Assembly (NCBI GenBank): GCA_965287045.1 | Contig: OZ336882.1 | Location: 26,784,001 to 26,848,000, forward strand | Reading direction: 5' to 3' | Length of the DNA: 64,000 nt | Source: Carcharhinus amblyrhynchos | Lineage: Eukaryota | Part shown: positions 15,070 through 26,806 of the stretch, in pieces | Numbering within the stretch: the stretch's first letter is position 1 | How the letters are laid out: each line of letters begins with the position of its first letter | The notes under the pieces: generated by a model | Databases searched by the model: none | The model's input: the letters and a program-made list of their open reading frames with translations, nothing else | What the model was told of the DNA's origin: nothing | Position numbers and translations under genes: made by a program

Positions 15070-15355
15070 CATAGAATCATAGAATTCCAATAGTGCAGAA
15101 GGAGGCCCATTGAGTCTGAAGTGATGACAATCCCCTTATCCCCATCTACTTACCTTGCTAGTTCCCCTGACACTAAGGGGCAATTTAGCATGGCCAATCA
15201 ATCCAATCCACACATCTTTTGGAGCACCCAGATGACACCCTTGTAGACATGGGGAGAATGTGCAAACTCCACACAGTCAGTGACCTGAGGCTGGAATCGA
15301 ACCCAGGTCCCTGGAGCTGTGAGGCAGCAATGCTAACCATTGCGCCATCATGCCG
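15070..15355 (-). mobile_element. HE1-type V-SINE (CR1-like tail) nested in a family B SINE
   Basis: Interrupts family B SINE between cctaaaggacat and tgagtgagccagatggg. Other HE1-tail copies at 19620-19955, 25150-25500, 46019-46352, 60787-61118, 61965-62238. Confidence 0.8.
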
Positions 15356-16099
15356 TTCATAATGAGTGAGCCAGATGGGGTTTTCTGACAATGGTTTCAT
15401 GATCATCAGTAGATTCTTAATTCCAGATTTTTTAAAACTAAATTCAAATTCCACCATCTGCCGTGGTGGGATTTGAATCGGGTCCCCAGAACATTAGCTG
15501 AGTTTCTGGATTAATAGTCTAGCAATCATACAGCTAGGCCATTGTCTTCCCTTTCAGAATATTCTAAAGATTGGGTGCATCTTCCTTCTCAGAAGCTGGC
15601 TTTAATGGTGCAAGTCAGCTTTAGTTTATGATTCCTTCTCATAATTTTGCATCCCTCACCCAGGTGTACATCCACTCAATAGCTCACATAGCACTGGTTT
15701 CATGTTGAAATCCTTCAAATAAACAGAATTACAACAGAGTGATCCTTTACTATGCCTGTTTTCGGGTCCTGTCTAAATTTGTTGCTCAATAAATTTGAGA
15801 ATCAAGCAAACTAGATTAGACAGAAGGAGAGACACATTTGATACCACAAAGGGTGAGTTGTTTTTCATAAATTTCTTGCTAATGAATTGCTAATATCACC
15901 CCATATTCCTCACAACCTACTGAGTCATGTCATCAGCAGTAGATTAATCATTAGTCCTGTAGGGAAGTGTCATTGCTCACCAGCAACAAGGACTTATTAT
16001 CAGGACTTCTCATCCAGCCTTACAATAGTCCTAAAAGTGAATAAAATGCAAGAAATTGAAGTGATTTATAGTATAAAACTTCAGGCATCAAAAAGTCAT

Positions 16100-16540
16100 T
16101 CAGGATTCTGAAACAACAACAGATAATGCTGGAAAGTCTCAGCAGGTCTGACAGCAACTGTGGGTAGAGAATGGAGCCAAGGTTTTGAGTCTAGATGACC
16201 CTTCATCAGAGCTAACAGCAAAGTGAACCAGCAGAGTTTTATACTATTGGGGTGGGTGGATGGGAGTGGGGTGGAATTGGACAAAGGGAATGCAAATGAC
16301 GATGCAGAAGGCTGAGAAGGTGCCAAGAATATTCGATTCCACACCTGCTCCCCGCCATCCACCTCCCCACCCCAATAGTATAAATCTCTGCTGATTCTCT
16401 TTGCTCTTAGCTCTGATGAAGTTCGTCTAGACAAAAAACGTTGGCTCTATTCTCTCCCCACAGACATTGTCAAACCTGCTGAGATTTTCGACATTTTGTG
16501 TTTTTGTTTCAGGCTCCAGCATCCCCAGTACTTTGCTTTT
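16100..16540. mobile_element. Penelope-derived fold-back element (family 2) with decayed hammerhead motifs
   Basis: Inverted arms about 16100-16215 and 16407-16520; each arm has ctctgatgaag..tc.tctagac..aaaac.tt, a decayed CTGATGA-stem-GAAACGT core. Confidence 0.65.
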
Positions 16541-17685
16541 GCTTCTGAATTAGCCTTGGAGGTCCAATGCTCTTAAAGTTTGTTGAACCTTGAGATCACG
16601 TGATGTATGAATAGGAAAAGTGTTAAAAGAAGTTCTTTGTTAAAGAGGAACAATCATCTAGGTGGGAAGCAATTTTAATGGCCAATTCTGTACTCCTATA
16701 ATCCCAGCCATATTTGCAAGGAGCTCATTGCAAGAAATCACAGGCACGTAACACTTCATCCATTAATGGTCAGCGGGACAGAATCAGAAGCTGTGTGCTC
16801 CCTACTAATGGCACACTTTTGTAGAAGCCTGGGAGCAAGTAATTTGCCTTGTAATTTAAAGCACTCTGTTAGAAATATAGAAAGAAAGGTCATATATAAT
16901 GTCCCTTCTCGAATAATGGGAATAATTACTTTCAACTTCAGCACTTGCCTAGCAACCTGGAGGAGCAAAGTGTTGTAGAACCTGCTTGATTTTTGTTCCC
17001 TTGAAATGAATACATACTGCGATTGATTTACTCTGCCAAGTTACTGCCCAGATGGTGAAATTTGCTCTTAATGTCTTCTCTCTCACATTACACACTATTT
17101 CGTTTGTCAAGAAAAACAATTAGTACGAACGTGCCAAAGAACACGGGAGAATTTTAAAATGGAGGTGCCCCTGGATCAGAAGTCAGTGTGGGTTGTCACT
17201 GCAACACAATGGGAATGCTAAATACACGGTTACCCATTTTCTATTGATTAATCCTTGTTTAATTCACTGCAGAATTGGTCAATAAATTAGCCAGCCAACA
17301 ATTCTCTACCACAAAGCAAATCAGGACATATAGGAAAAGGCAGTGAACTATTTATGTCATTACCAATAAGCAATTTACAACTAAACATTTTTGTGACTAC
17401 AAGCTTCAAATTATCCCATACTTCTCTATTTTAAAGCACCTGGTCAGTTAATACTTGCATGGCTTTTAGATTTGCAACTGTCGCTTCAAAATAATTCTAT
17501 TTGCAAATCTGATTGCAGCAACAGACATAAAGGGAACTGGTAGAAAATGACTACGTGCATTTTATTTGATTGAACATTTGTCAGCCTTGTGTGAAAAATA
17601 ACTTGGTGAAATTTGTACGTCGAATAGAAAATCTTACCAAGCCATTGTTTGCGATATGGTCATCAATTTCCTCTTATCAGCTGTG

Positions 17686-17980
17686 GGGCAGCACAGTGGT
17701 ACAGTGGTTAGAAATGCTGCCTCACAGCGCCAGGGACCCGAGTTTGATTCCTGGCTTGCGTCACTGTGCAGAGTCTGCATGTTCTCCCCGTGTCTGTGTG
17801 GGTTTCCTCTGGGTGCTCCCACAATCCTAAAGACATGCTGGTTAGGTGCATTGGCCATGTTAAATTCTCCCTCAGTGTATCAGAACAGGCACTGGAGTGT
17901 GGTGACGAGGAGAGTTTCACAGTAATTTCATTGCAGTGTTAATGGAAGCCTACTTGTGACACCATTAAATAAATTTAAAC
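17686..17980 (+). mobile_element. V-SINE, tail type A, full length
   Basis: gggcagcacagtggtacagtggttag head to cttgtgacaccattaaataaatttaaac tail. Other copies 27263-27548, 39697-39935, 57200-57505; tail-only fragment 35731-35835. Confidence 0.85.
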
Positions 17981-18681
17981 TTGGTTCCTGCAGCAGACTT
18001 GAGTTCTGCCTTATGAATTACACTGGGGACAACTTATGACTTTAATTACTGCTCCCACCATCCATTTGCACCCTGTCTTGCCATTCTTGCACAGTTTATG
18101 GAAGCAAATGAATTCACCAACTTTCACTGCTCCCATGGATTGCTTTGGAAGGAATAGTTAAGCAAAACATCAAAGTACTGCAGTTTGTAAATGAGACCAG
18201 TGACAGCAATCATCACGTCTATTTTCAGACATTTCCAATTTTATAGTGCTAGTCATAAAATCATTGAACATAAAGGTATTTATCCTACAAGCAGGCTGCA
18301 TCAACCAGCATTTAGCTAGCTATCAACATCTGCATAAATCTCTCTTTCATCAACTACACAGATGCTTGAAGGGGACTTTTTCTGGGCAAGATTTTATGCT
18401 TGAAAATCATCATTCGCCTCAGATTAACATCAATGGTGAGACAGGAAACTAAATTCAATAGCAAGTGTTCCAACTGCCAGATTTTCTCATGTCAGTGATT
18501 CCAATTGACTTGCGACCTCAAAAGTGTAATTGTTGGAACATTATCCACTTTTCCCACAACCAATGTGATTTGAATAGAGTGATTTGTAGGGCACCAGGAT
18601 CATTTGAGACTTCAGGACATGGTCGTCCCTACACTTTTGCGAGTCATCCCAGGCCCAGGCGAGAGCCGTGTGCAACAGTGC

Positions 18682-18778
18682 TTTCCATACACCTGACGAA
18701 GGAACAGCGTTTCCGAAAGCTTATGGGTTTACTATCAAATAAAGTGGTTGGACTTTAACTTGGTGTTGTGAGACTTCT
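18682..18778 (+). mobile_element. Penelope-derived short element (family 1) with hammerhead motif at 18690-18725
   Basis: cac CTGACGA a ggaa cagcgt ttcc GAAA gc TT atg, then caaataaagtggttggactttaacttggtgttgtgagacttct; flanked by aacagtgc (18674-18681, 18779-18786). Confidence 0.72.
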
Positions 18779-19499
18779 AACAGTGCGGAGCCAGTGAACT
18801 GGCAATAGTGGCGGCAGAAGAGCTAAAAGCTCCAGGGACAATGCTTGTTTACAGGACAAGGATCCTTTGGGAAGAGGATTTGCATTTCCTTTAATGCCTC
18901 ATGTATTCTTTTCCCTACTCATATTCCTCATTGCTAACTGAAATTCAAGTAGGAGGCTCTCATGAGCAACTGAATGAGGAAACTGCATGATCACGAGGCA
19001 CAGAGAATTCAGGAAAGGACTTGTCCTTTAACAGATCAGTGAGCTGATTGGGCACAATTAATGGAAACCTGAAAAATGACAAATTCCTTTTGCCAGTCAT
19101 CCGGCAAACCTTGATCAGCGCTTGTCCAAATTTTGACAGGGGAGTACCTTTGTCTGGTTAACTAGCACCAATTACTCCACCCATTGAGTCTCTCACATTG
19201 ATCCTTGAAAAGCCTTTTGTTTTTTTAGCATTGCAGATATAGCATGGGTCTTCTCACATTTTCCGATGGAGCAGCCCGAGTGGATTTTCCACCCCAATTT
19301 TTTAAGTCCAGAGAAAGATCAGCCACAAATCAGGGTTGACCTCAGTGTTATAACTAAAATCCTTTCTTGAAAATTATTTATTCTTTACTGAAATTATTTT
19401 AAGTAAAGAATCATGCCTACTTGGATACTCATGGGTATGTCCTGTACAAATTTATGACCATCTAAAAATATGGTTCAGTAAAAATTGAGTTTCTAGATG

Positions 19500-20690
19500 T
19501 AGATGGATGATGTCAAGCTGGGCATGAATGTAAATTGTGAGGAGGACGCGAGGATATTTCAAGAGGGCTTGCACAGGCTACGTGAATGGGCTGGAACAGG
19601 GCAGATAGAATATAATGTGGGTGGCATGGTGGCACACTGGTTAGCACTGCTGCCTCACAGTTCCAGGAACTTGGATTCAATTTCCAACTTGGGTCACTGT
19701 GTGGAGTTTGCACATTCTCCCCATGTTTGCATGAGTTTTCTCTGGGTGCTCTGGTTTCCACCCACAGTCCAAAGATGTGCGGGTTAGGTTGATTGGACAT
19801 GCTAAATTAACCCTTAGTGTCCTGGATGTGCTAGGTTAGAGGGATTAGGAGGGTAATAAGTGGGGATAGGGCCTGGGTGGGATTGTTGTCAGTGCAGACT
19901 TGATGGGCCGAATAGCCTCCTTGTTCACTGTAGGGTTTCTATGATTTTCTATGATCTAATGTGATTAATCTAACAAACTGAATAAATTCACAAAGGCAGA
20001 ATATTTCTTGGGAAGTTTGGGAAGCTTGAGTATCCAAATGGGATCTGCATTTTAGTGTCCTTGTTCATGAGTCACTAAAAATTAGCATGCAAGTCTGTGC
20101 AGGAAGCAGTTAGGACGGCATATGGAACACTGGCCATCATCACAAGGGGACTTGAGCACAGGACTAAAGATGCTTTGCTCCAGTTATGCAAAGTCTTAGT
20201 GATACCTCACTTGGAGTACTGTGGACAGTTCAATGCTGTTGACTAAGAAGGGATATATTTGTCAAGGAGGGAATGCAATGGAGGTTTCCCAGATTGATTC
20301 CTGAGCTTAAGAGATTGTTTTATGAGGAGAGATTGGGAAGACAGGTCTGTGTTCCCTCAAGTTTCAAAATATGAGCGGTGACCTCATCGAAACTTATGAA
20401 AGAGCATGACAGACTGGCTAGTGAGTCTAAAACCAGGGGACATAATCTCAGAACAAAGGATAGGCCATTTAAAATTCAGATGAGGAGGAATTTCTCTACT
20501 CAAAGAGTGTTGAGTGATTGGAATTTCCTATACCAGAGGGCTGTGGGAGCTCAATCATTGAGCATGTTCAGAAACAGAAATCACTAGACAGCAAGTGATA
20601 TGGAGATAATGCGTGCAAGGGGTCCTGGGTAGGTGACCAGCATGATCTAATTGAATTGACAGGCTGAATGGCCACCTGTTGTTCCTATGG
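19500..20690 (+). mobile_element. Old CR1 fragment interrupted by an HE1-type SINE (19620-19955)
   Basis: DDVKLG...LREWA...IEYNV remnant resumes after the SINE; taatgtg duplicated at 19613-19619 and 19957-19963. Confidence 0.75.
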
Positions 20691-23024
20691 TCTGGTAAAT
20701 ATTGAAGCTACCAAAGGACAACTGTAGATAGAGTGCTGTTGAACACATCAAGTATGGAACCCCTTTCCATTTTTACTTGTGTTGGAATCAAAATCTGGTT
20801 AAATATAACTGCTGCTGAGAGAATCTCCCTCTGCTCTCCTTTGAAAGTGTGCTTTTGGAGTACCCTTATTCTATCTGCCTTATGATCTTTCTAATTGTAC
20901 CTAACCTACTTACAAATGCATAATAAAATTGAATGCAGGGCAATTTTTTTCCATGTATCCGCTCTTAAATTGAAGCTGACTGAACTCAGTTCATCTGGCC
21001 TAGAAAGAAAGCAGAGATTTTCATCCTATCAATTTATGGTGAGTAGGATCACAGGCTTCAGAGGTAAAAGAACAATCTGTTACCTCATTAAATCATCTAT
21101 TCCCCTGGAATGTTTCATTCATTGGATTGATGCTGAATTCAAAAAAGGTTCTACTTCAAGGATCCTCTGTCTGTTCTGGTTGACTAGCTCAGAATTCGTA
21201 CGGATCTCAAAGTGAAATGTTACTACCCATTAAACTGTCTTAACATGTTTTAATTGCACAGATGTCTACAGCATTTACTTAGATCTATAGCGCACCATTT
21301 GATTACAACAGTGGGATGAAGATGACATACTCTTTCATTGAAGTGAACACACAGCTTCTTGTATAAAATGTCTGCAATCAGCCCGAGGCTCAGCTTGGAT
21401 CAACTTATCTAACATTCCTAATAGTCTCTATTCAAAGAACTTTTATCTAATAAGAAATTATGTTTATTAGCAAAAAGAGAAAAAGGCAAAATTAAGTAGG
21501 AGGATTAAGATTCACCAGAGACTATAGTTTTTGATGATATGACTGAGATGTGTAAATTAGGATTACTAAATGAAGCTGAATTATATAACATTGTAATTCA
21601 ACTTTTGGATATGATAATTGCATGTTGTTCAATATGTTTCAATCCAGCGCTGAAGGTTTCAAACAGGATTGAGCAACATTGATAAACGTGGATTCAAAAA
21701 TAAGCGGATTTAGTCCATAATTTCTTGAGAACCCAGAAACCTAAATCACTCCCGGGGTGGTGGTGGGAGCAGGCACGATAGTGACATTTACGGGACAACT
21801 AGATGAATACATTAATACGATGGGAATGGAAGGATAGGAACTCCGTACGTAAGTGCAAACAATTTTAGTTGAGGCAGGCATCATGATCAGTGCAGGCTTG
21901 GAGGGTCGAAGGGCCTGTTCCTGCACTGTACTTTCTCTTTGTTTCTTTGTACTATCATTTGATTATAATTGGGGACATATAATAATCAACATCAGTATTA
22001 TTGCGTTTTGGATTTCTTTTCAGAAAGATCTACATATTTGGTGTTACGCCTGGCAACGCCTTTGTGACCAAGATGGAGAGAGAAATTGTTCTAAGGTCAG
22101 TGTGGGCCACAGGTGATCCAGCTGGAATCATTTGTAGGAATCCATAGGGAGAATCTCATCTGGCCGGTCAGCTAGCCTCTCAGTATATATAACCACAGCA
22201 TGAATTGTTACCACTCCTTTCAATGGAGATTACAGTAAAGCAGGATTGCATGATAATTTACACTTGATATTGGATACTGAGGTATAAATGGATTTAATCA
22301 TATGCCATCATGTTGAAATGTAAATGGCAGGGCCTTTAATCCTGAGATTAATTTGCACTCTTGGTAGGAAGCCTCATTCATAGGATCTCCGAACGGAGGT
22401 TCAGGGCATATCGTACATTTGGTTGTCTGTTGTGCGTGATTTTTTTGCTCAGAAGCATTAATGGTCAGAGAATCAGGCACGGTGTGTGAATCACGATGTC
22501 TGCAGGGAGTCAGGAAATAATCCCGAATATCCATTCTATCTAGTTTTAACAAACAGCTGATCGATTTACAACATCAACTGAGAGAAACAGTCCCTAAGAC
22601 TGCTTACTGTGAATCTGGTACATGTACCTGTCAACCCCATCTTCTGAATTCTGAGCTGCATACTGATGTCTATATCTTAGCATATCTAGTGGTAACAAAA
22701 GATGATTCATACTTGCAACACTTCTTTCAAAAGGAAAATTCATGTTCTATTAGCCGGGAGAGATTTGCAAACAGGAGAGCTTGTCCCTTGCCTGAATAAA
22801 TATCCAGGACTCAGGGCCCTACTTTGAAAATCGAATGCTCATTGACCATTGAGTGTATGTTTGTAGCCATGTTTCCCTTCATTATAAAAATGATTACAAT
22901 TTAAAAGTACTTAATTGTTACTATAGAGCTTTCAGACATCCTGAAATCATAAAAGGCACTTGGATGATGTTGTGTTGCTGGACACAGAGGAGCTCCAGCT
23001 TGTCAAAGTAGTATCCTTTTGTTT

Positions 23025-24225
23025 TGATTTGATTTATTATTGTCAAATGCATTAGTATACAGTGAAAAATATTGTTTCTTGCGTGCTATATAGAAGAATG
23101 AGGGGAGATCTCATTGAGACGTATAAGATGATGAATGGGATGGATAGGATAGAGGTGGAAAGACTCTTCCAGAAAGGACAGTAGGACTAGGGGGCACAGC
23201 CTCAAGATAAAGGGGGGGCAGTTTAGAACGGAGTTGAGGAAGAACTTCTTCACTCAAAGGGTGGTGAATCTCTGGAATTCTCTGCCCGTTGAAGTGGTGG
23301 AGGCTACCTCGCTAAATATTTTTAAGACGCGGGTTGATGGGTTTCTGATAAGGGAGGGGATTAAGGGTTATGGGGAGAGGGCAGGAATGTGGAACTGAGC
23401 CATGACAGATCAGCCATGATCTTATTGAATGGCGGGGCAGGCTCGAAGGGCCAGATGGCCTACTCCTGCTCCTATTTCTAATGTTCTTATGTTCTTAAAG
23501 CGTTCTGTTCATAGAAAAGGAAAGGAGTGCAGAATATAGTGTTACAATCATAGCGAAGGTGTAGAGAAAGATCAACTTAATATGAGGTAGGTCCATTCTG
23601 AAGTCTGATAGCAGCAGGGAAGAAGAAGTTGTTCTTGAGTCAGTTGCTACATGTCCTCAGACTTTTGTATCTTTTTCCCAATGGAAGAAGGTAGAAGAAA
23701 ATATGTCCAGGGTGCATGAGGTCCTTGATTATGCTGCCTGCTTTTCCAAGGCAGTGGGAAGTGTAGACAGAGTCAATGGATGGGAGGCTGGTTTGCATGA
23801 TGGACTGGCTTCGTTCACAACCCTTTGCAGTTTTTTTGCAGTCTTGGATAAAGTAGGAGCCATACCAAGCTGTGACACAACCACAAAAAATGCCTTCTAT
23901 GGTGTACCGATAAAAGGTGGTGAGATCGTAGTGGACATGTCAAATTTCCTTAGACTGCTGAGAAAGTAGAGGCGTTTTGTAACTATAACGTTGGCATGGA
24001 GGTACCTGGATAGGTTGTTGGTGATCTGGACACCCAGAAACTTGAAGCTCTTGACCATTTTCACTTCCTTCCCGTTGATGTAGACAGGGGCGTGTCCTCC
24101 ACTATGCTTCCTGAAGTTGATGACTATTTCCTTCATTTTGTTGACATTGAGGGAGAGATTATTGTCTTTCCTGTATTGCATCTCATTTTTGTTTGAGATC
24201 CAACCCACTACATCCTTTCGTAATG
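23025..24225 (-). mobile_element. Rex1/Babar-clade LINE 3' portion
   Basis: DNNLSLNVNKMKEIVINFRK...VYINGKEV..VKSFKFLGVQITNNLS...RLYFLSSLRKF is the typical Rex1/Babar post-RT region; (tttga)n tail. Further copies 29136-29375 and 55168-55615. Confidence 0.8.
23091..23496 (+). mobile_element. Young CR1 LINE 3' end nested in the Rex1/Babar tail
   Basis: Near-identical to reverse complement of 25745-26163; Rex1 tail sequence resumes at about 23497. Confidence 0.92.
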
Positions 24226-25744
24226 TGCATATTGGTATTGACCAAGTGATGTTGGTGCCATCCACAACTTCTTGGATCACAGAAAATCTTTGTAAATGAT
24301 AATGCCCCGAATTTCCCAGCTTGCAAGATTGTTACTTCTTTGACTTGCGTCCAACACTAAATGTGAGGAGCTCATGGATTATTTAATTGCAAAGGAAACT
24401 ACCACTCATTCAGATATCTCTGCTGCCTCTACTATTTTTCATTTCCCTCTCACCCATTTGAGCTCCTGCTCTATCCTGTTTTCCTTGTTCCTATTTTCTC
24501 CCTTCGTGGAATACTTGGACAAATTGCAAGATCCCTTGTTCTTTCCCCATTTCATTTGATGAGTCTATGAGAGGGTCAACATCGACCCCATCAGCTTGGC
24601 TGGGCCTTGGTCTATAGGCAGTTAAAAGCAAAGGGGTTTCTTACCAGCTTGCAACTCAATCCTTTCTCCATTCATGATTTTAACTAAAACTAAAGCAAGC
24701 AGGGGCCTTAAACATACGCACATTGATCCAGTCCCAATTACATTTTAACTGGAGCCTGAGTTCATAGCCAAGCTTTCCAATTGGGCTGAAGCAAATCTGC
24801 AGCTGACATTGAAATAAGTGTAAAATTATCCGTTGTGAGACTCAGTATAATAATACTCTTCCAGGCCTCACAGGAAAGGTCAGGGAGACTCCAGGCATTC
24901 CAAATCCTCCCAAAACTCCTTTCCTGAAAGTTACCTGACCCTTCAAAAAGTCTCTTGAATTCATTCGATGAACTCTTTCTCCAAGTTAGTTTGCTAATTT
25001 GGTTTGCTTAGTCTATATAAAGATTGAACCCCCCAGGATTATTATATTAGTCTTGTTAATTGCTTCTTTAATTTCTGATTTATATTCTTCTCAATACTGT
25101 GATTATTGTTGGGGGGATTTCAGCAGTGTTTTTTGTTATTTTGTAACTCCATAGAATCCTTACAGCACAGACAGGGACCTTTTGTCCCGTCAACTCTACA
25201 TGGACTCTTCAAAAGAGCATCTCACCGAGGTCCACTTCCCGCCATATCCTCATCACCCCATGCATTTACCATGGCTAATCCAGCCAATCTACGCATCTTT
25301 GGACACTCAGAGGCAACTTAGCATGGCCAATCCACTTAGCCTACACATTTTTGGATTGTGGGAGGAAACTGCAGGACCCGGACGAAACCCAGGCAGACAT
25401 GTGGAGAGCGTGCAAACTTCACACAATCACCCAAAGTTGGAATCAAATCCGGGTCCCTGGCACTGTGAGACAGCAGTGCTAATCACCGTGCCACCATGCT
25501 ATCCCAATACTAGTTCTATCATTATTTCATCCTATGTAATGAAGGAAACATCACCTCCTTTTCCATCTTGCCAACTTTCCTAAAAGTCAAGTGTTCTGGA
25601 ATATTTAGTTTCCAACTCTGTGACTACAGGCGTGTAGCAATGTGACACAACTCACGCGCTGCCATCTCGAGCTACCTTGTTTTACACATTTAATTTGACT
25701 TTTACGTAATTAATTTGCTTGATTTATTTAAAACACATCAGTCT

Positions 25745-26585
25745 AAGAACATAAGAGCATAAGAACATAAGAAATAGGAGCAGGAGTAGGCCATCTAGCC
25801 CTTCGAGCCTGCCCCGCCATTCAATAAGATCATGGCTGATCTGTTGTAGCTCAGTTCCACTTTCCCGCCCTCTCCCCATAACCCTTAATCCCCTCTCTTA
25901 TCAAGAACCCATCAACCCGCTTCTTAAAAATATTTAGCGAGGCAGCCTCCACCACTTCAACGGGCAGAGAATTCCAGAGATTCACCACCCTTTGAGTGAA
26001 GAAGTTCCTCCTCAACTCCGTTCTAAACCGCCTCCCCTTTATCTTGAGGCTGTGCCCCCCAGTCCTACTGTCTTTTTTGAGCGGGAAGAGTCTCTCCACC
26101 TCTATCCTATCCATCCCATTCATCATCTTATACGTCTCAATGAGATCTCCCCTCATTCTTCTAAACTCTAACGAGTACAAGCCTAGTTTATTCAGCCTCT
26201 CCTCATAGCTCAATCCCCTCAACTCCGGTATCAGCCTAGTAAACCTCCTCTGCACTCCCTCCAGGGCCAAAATATCCTTGCGCAGGTGCGGCGCCCAAAA
26301 CTGCACACAGTACTCCAGCTGCGGCCTCACCAATGCCCTATACAGCCGCAGCAAGACCTCCCTACTTTTATATTCAATCCCCCTCGCTATGAAGGCCAGC
26401 ATCCCATTCGCCTTCCTGACCACCTGCTGCACCTGCAAGCTGGGTTTTTGCGACTCATGCACAAGGACCCCGAGGTCCCTCTGCACCGTCGCCTGCTGCA
26501 GTTTTTCGCCACGTAAGTAATAGTCCTTCCTACCATTCTTCCTACCAAAGTGGACCACCTCACACTTGCCAACATTAAATTCCAT
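25745..26585 (-). mobile_element. Young 5'-truncated CR1 LINE with uninterrupted 244-codon ORF2 C-terminus
   Basis: ORF 25851-26585 (MEFNVGKCEVVHFG...[13 protein letters not shown]...FFTQRVVNLWNSLP), CpGs retained, aagaacat tail repeats, possible TSD agtcta (25740-25745, 26589-26594). Confidence 0.95.
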
Positions 26586-26668
26586 TTAAGTCTAGCTGAA
26601 AGGGTCATCTCCTTCCCCATCTGCATTGAAGTCCCACCCTCAGCAAACACCAAACTTCCCATACAGGT

Positions 26669-26806
26669 AAAAGCAAATTACCATGGATGCTGGAAATTGA
26701 AACAAAAACAGAGAGAATGTTGGAATATCTCAGCAGGTCGAACAGTATCTGCCGAGAGAGAATAGATCCAATGTTTCAAGCCTGGGTAACTCTTTGTCAG
26801 GGCTGA
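26669..26806 (-). mobile_element. Penelope-derived short element (family 2)
   Basis: Reverse complement ccctgacaaagagttacccaggcttgaaacattggatc...gacctgctgag...tccagcatcc; decayed hammerhead core. Confidence 0.6.

Noticed and set aside
17686-17760. tRNA-like A/B-box sequences here and in other SINE heads
   Set aside because: They run directly into SINE core and tail; not tRNA genes.
25851-26585. 244-aa ORF as a host gene
   Set aside because: It is the C-terminus of CR1 ORF2 in a 5'-truncated insertion.
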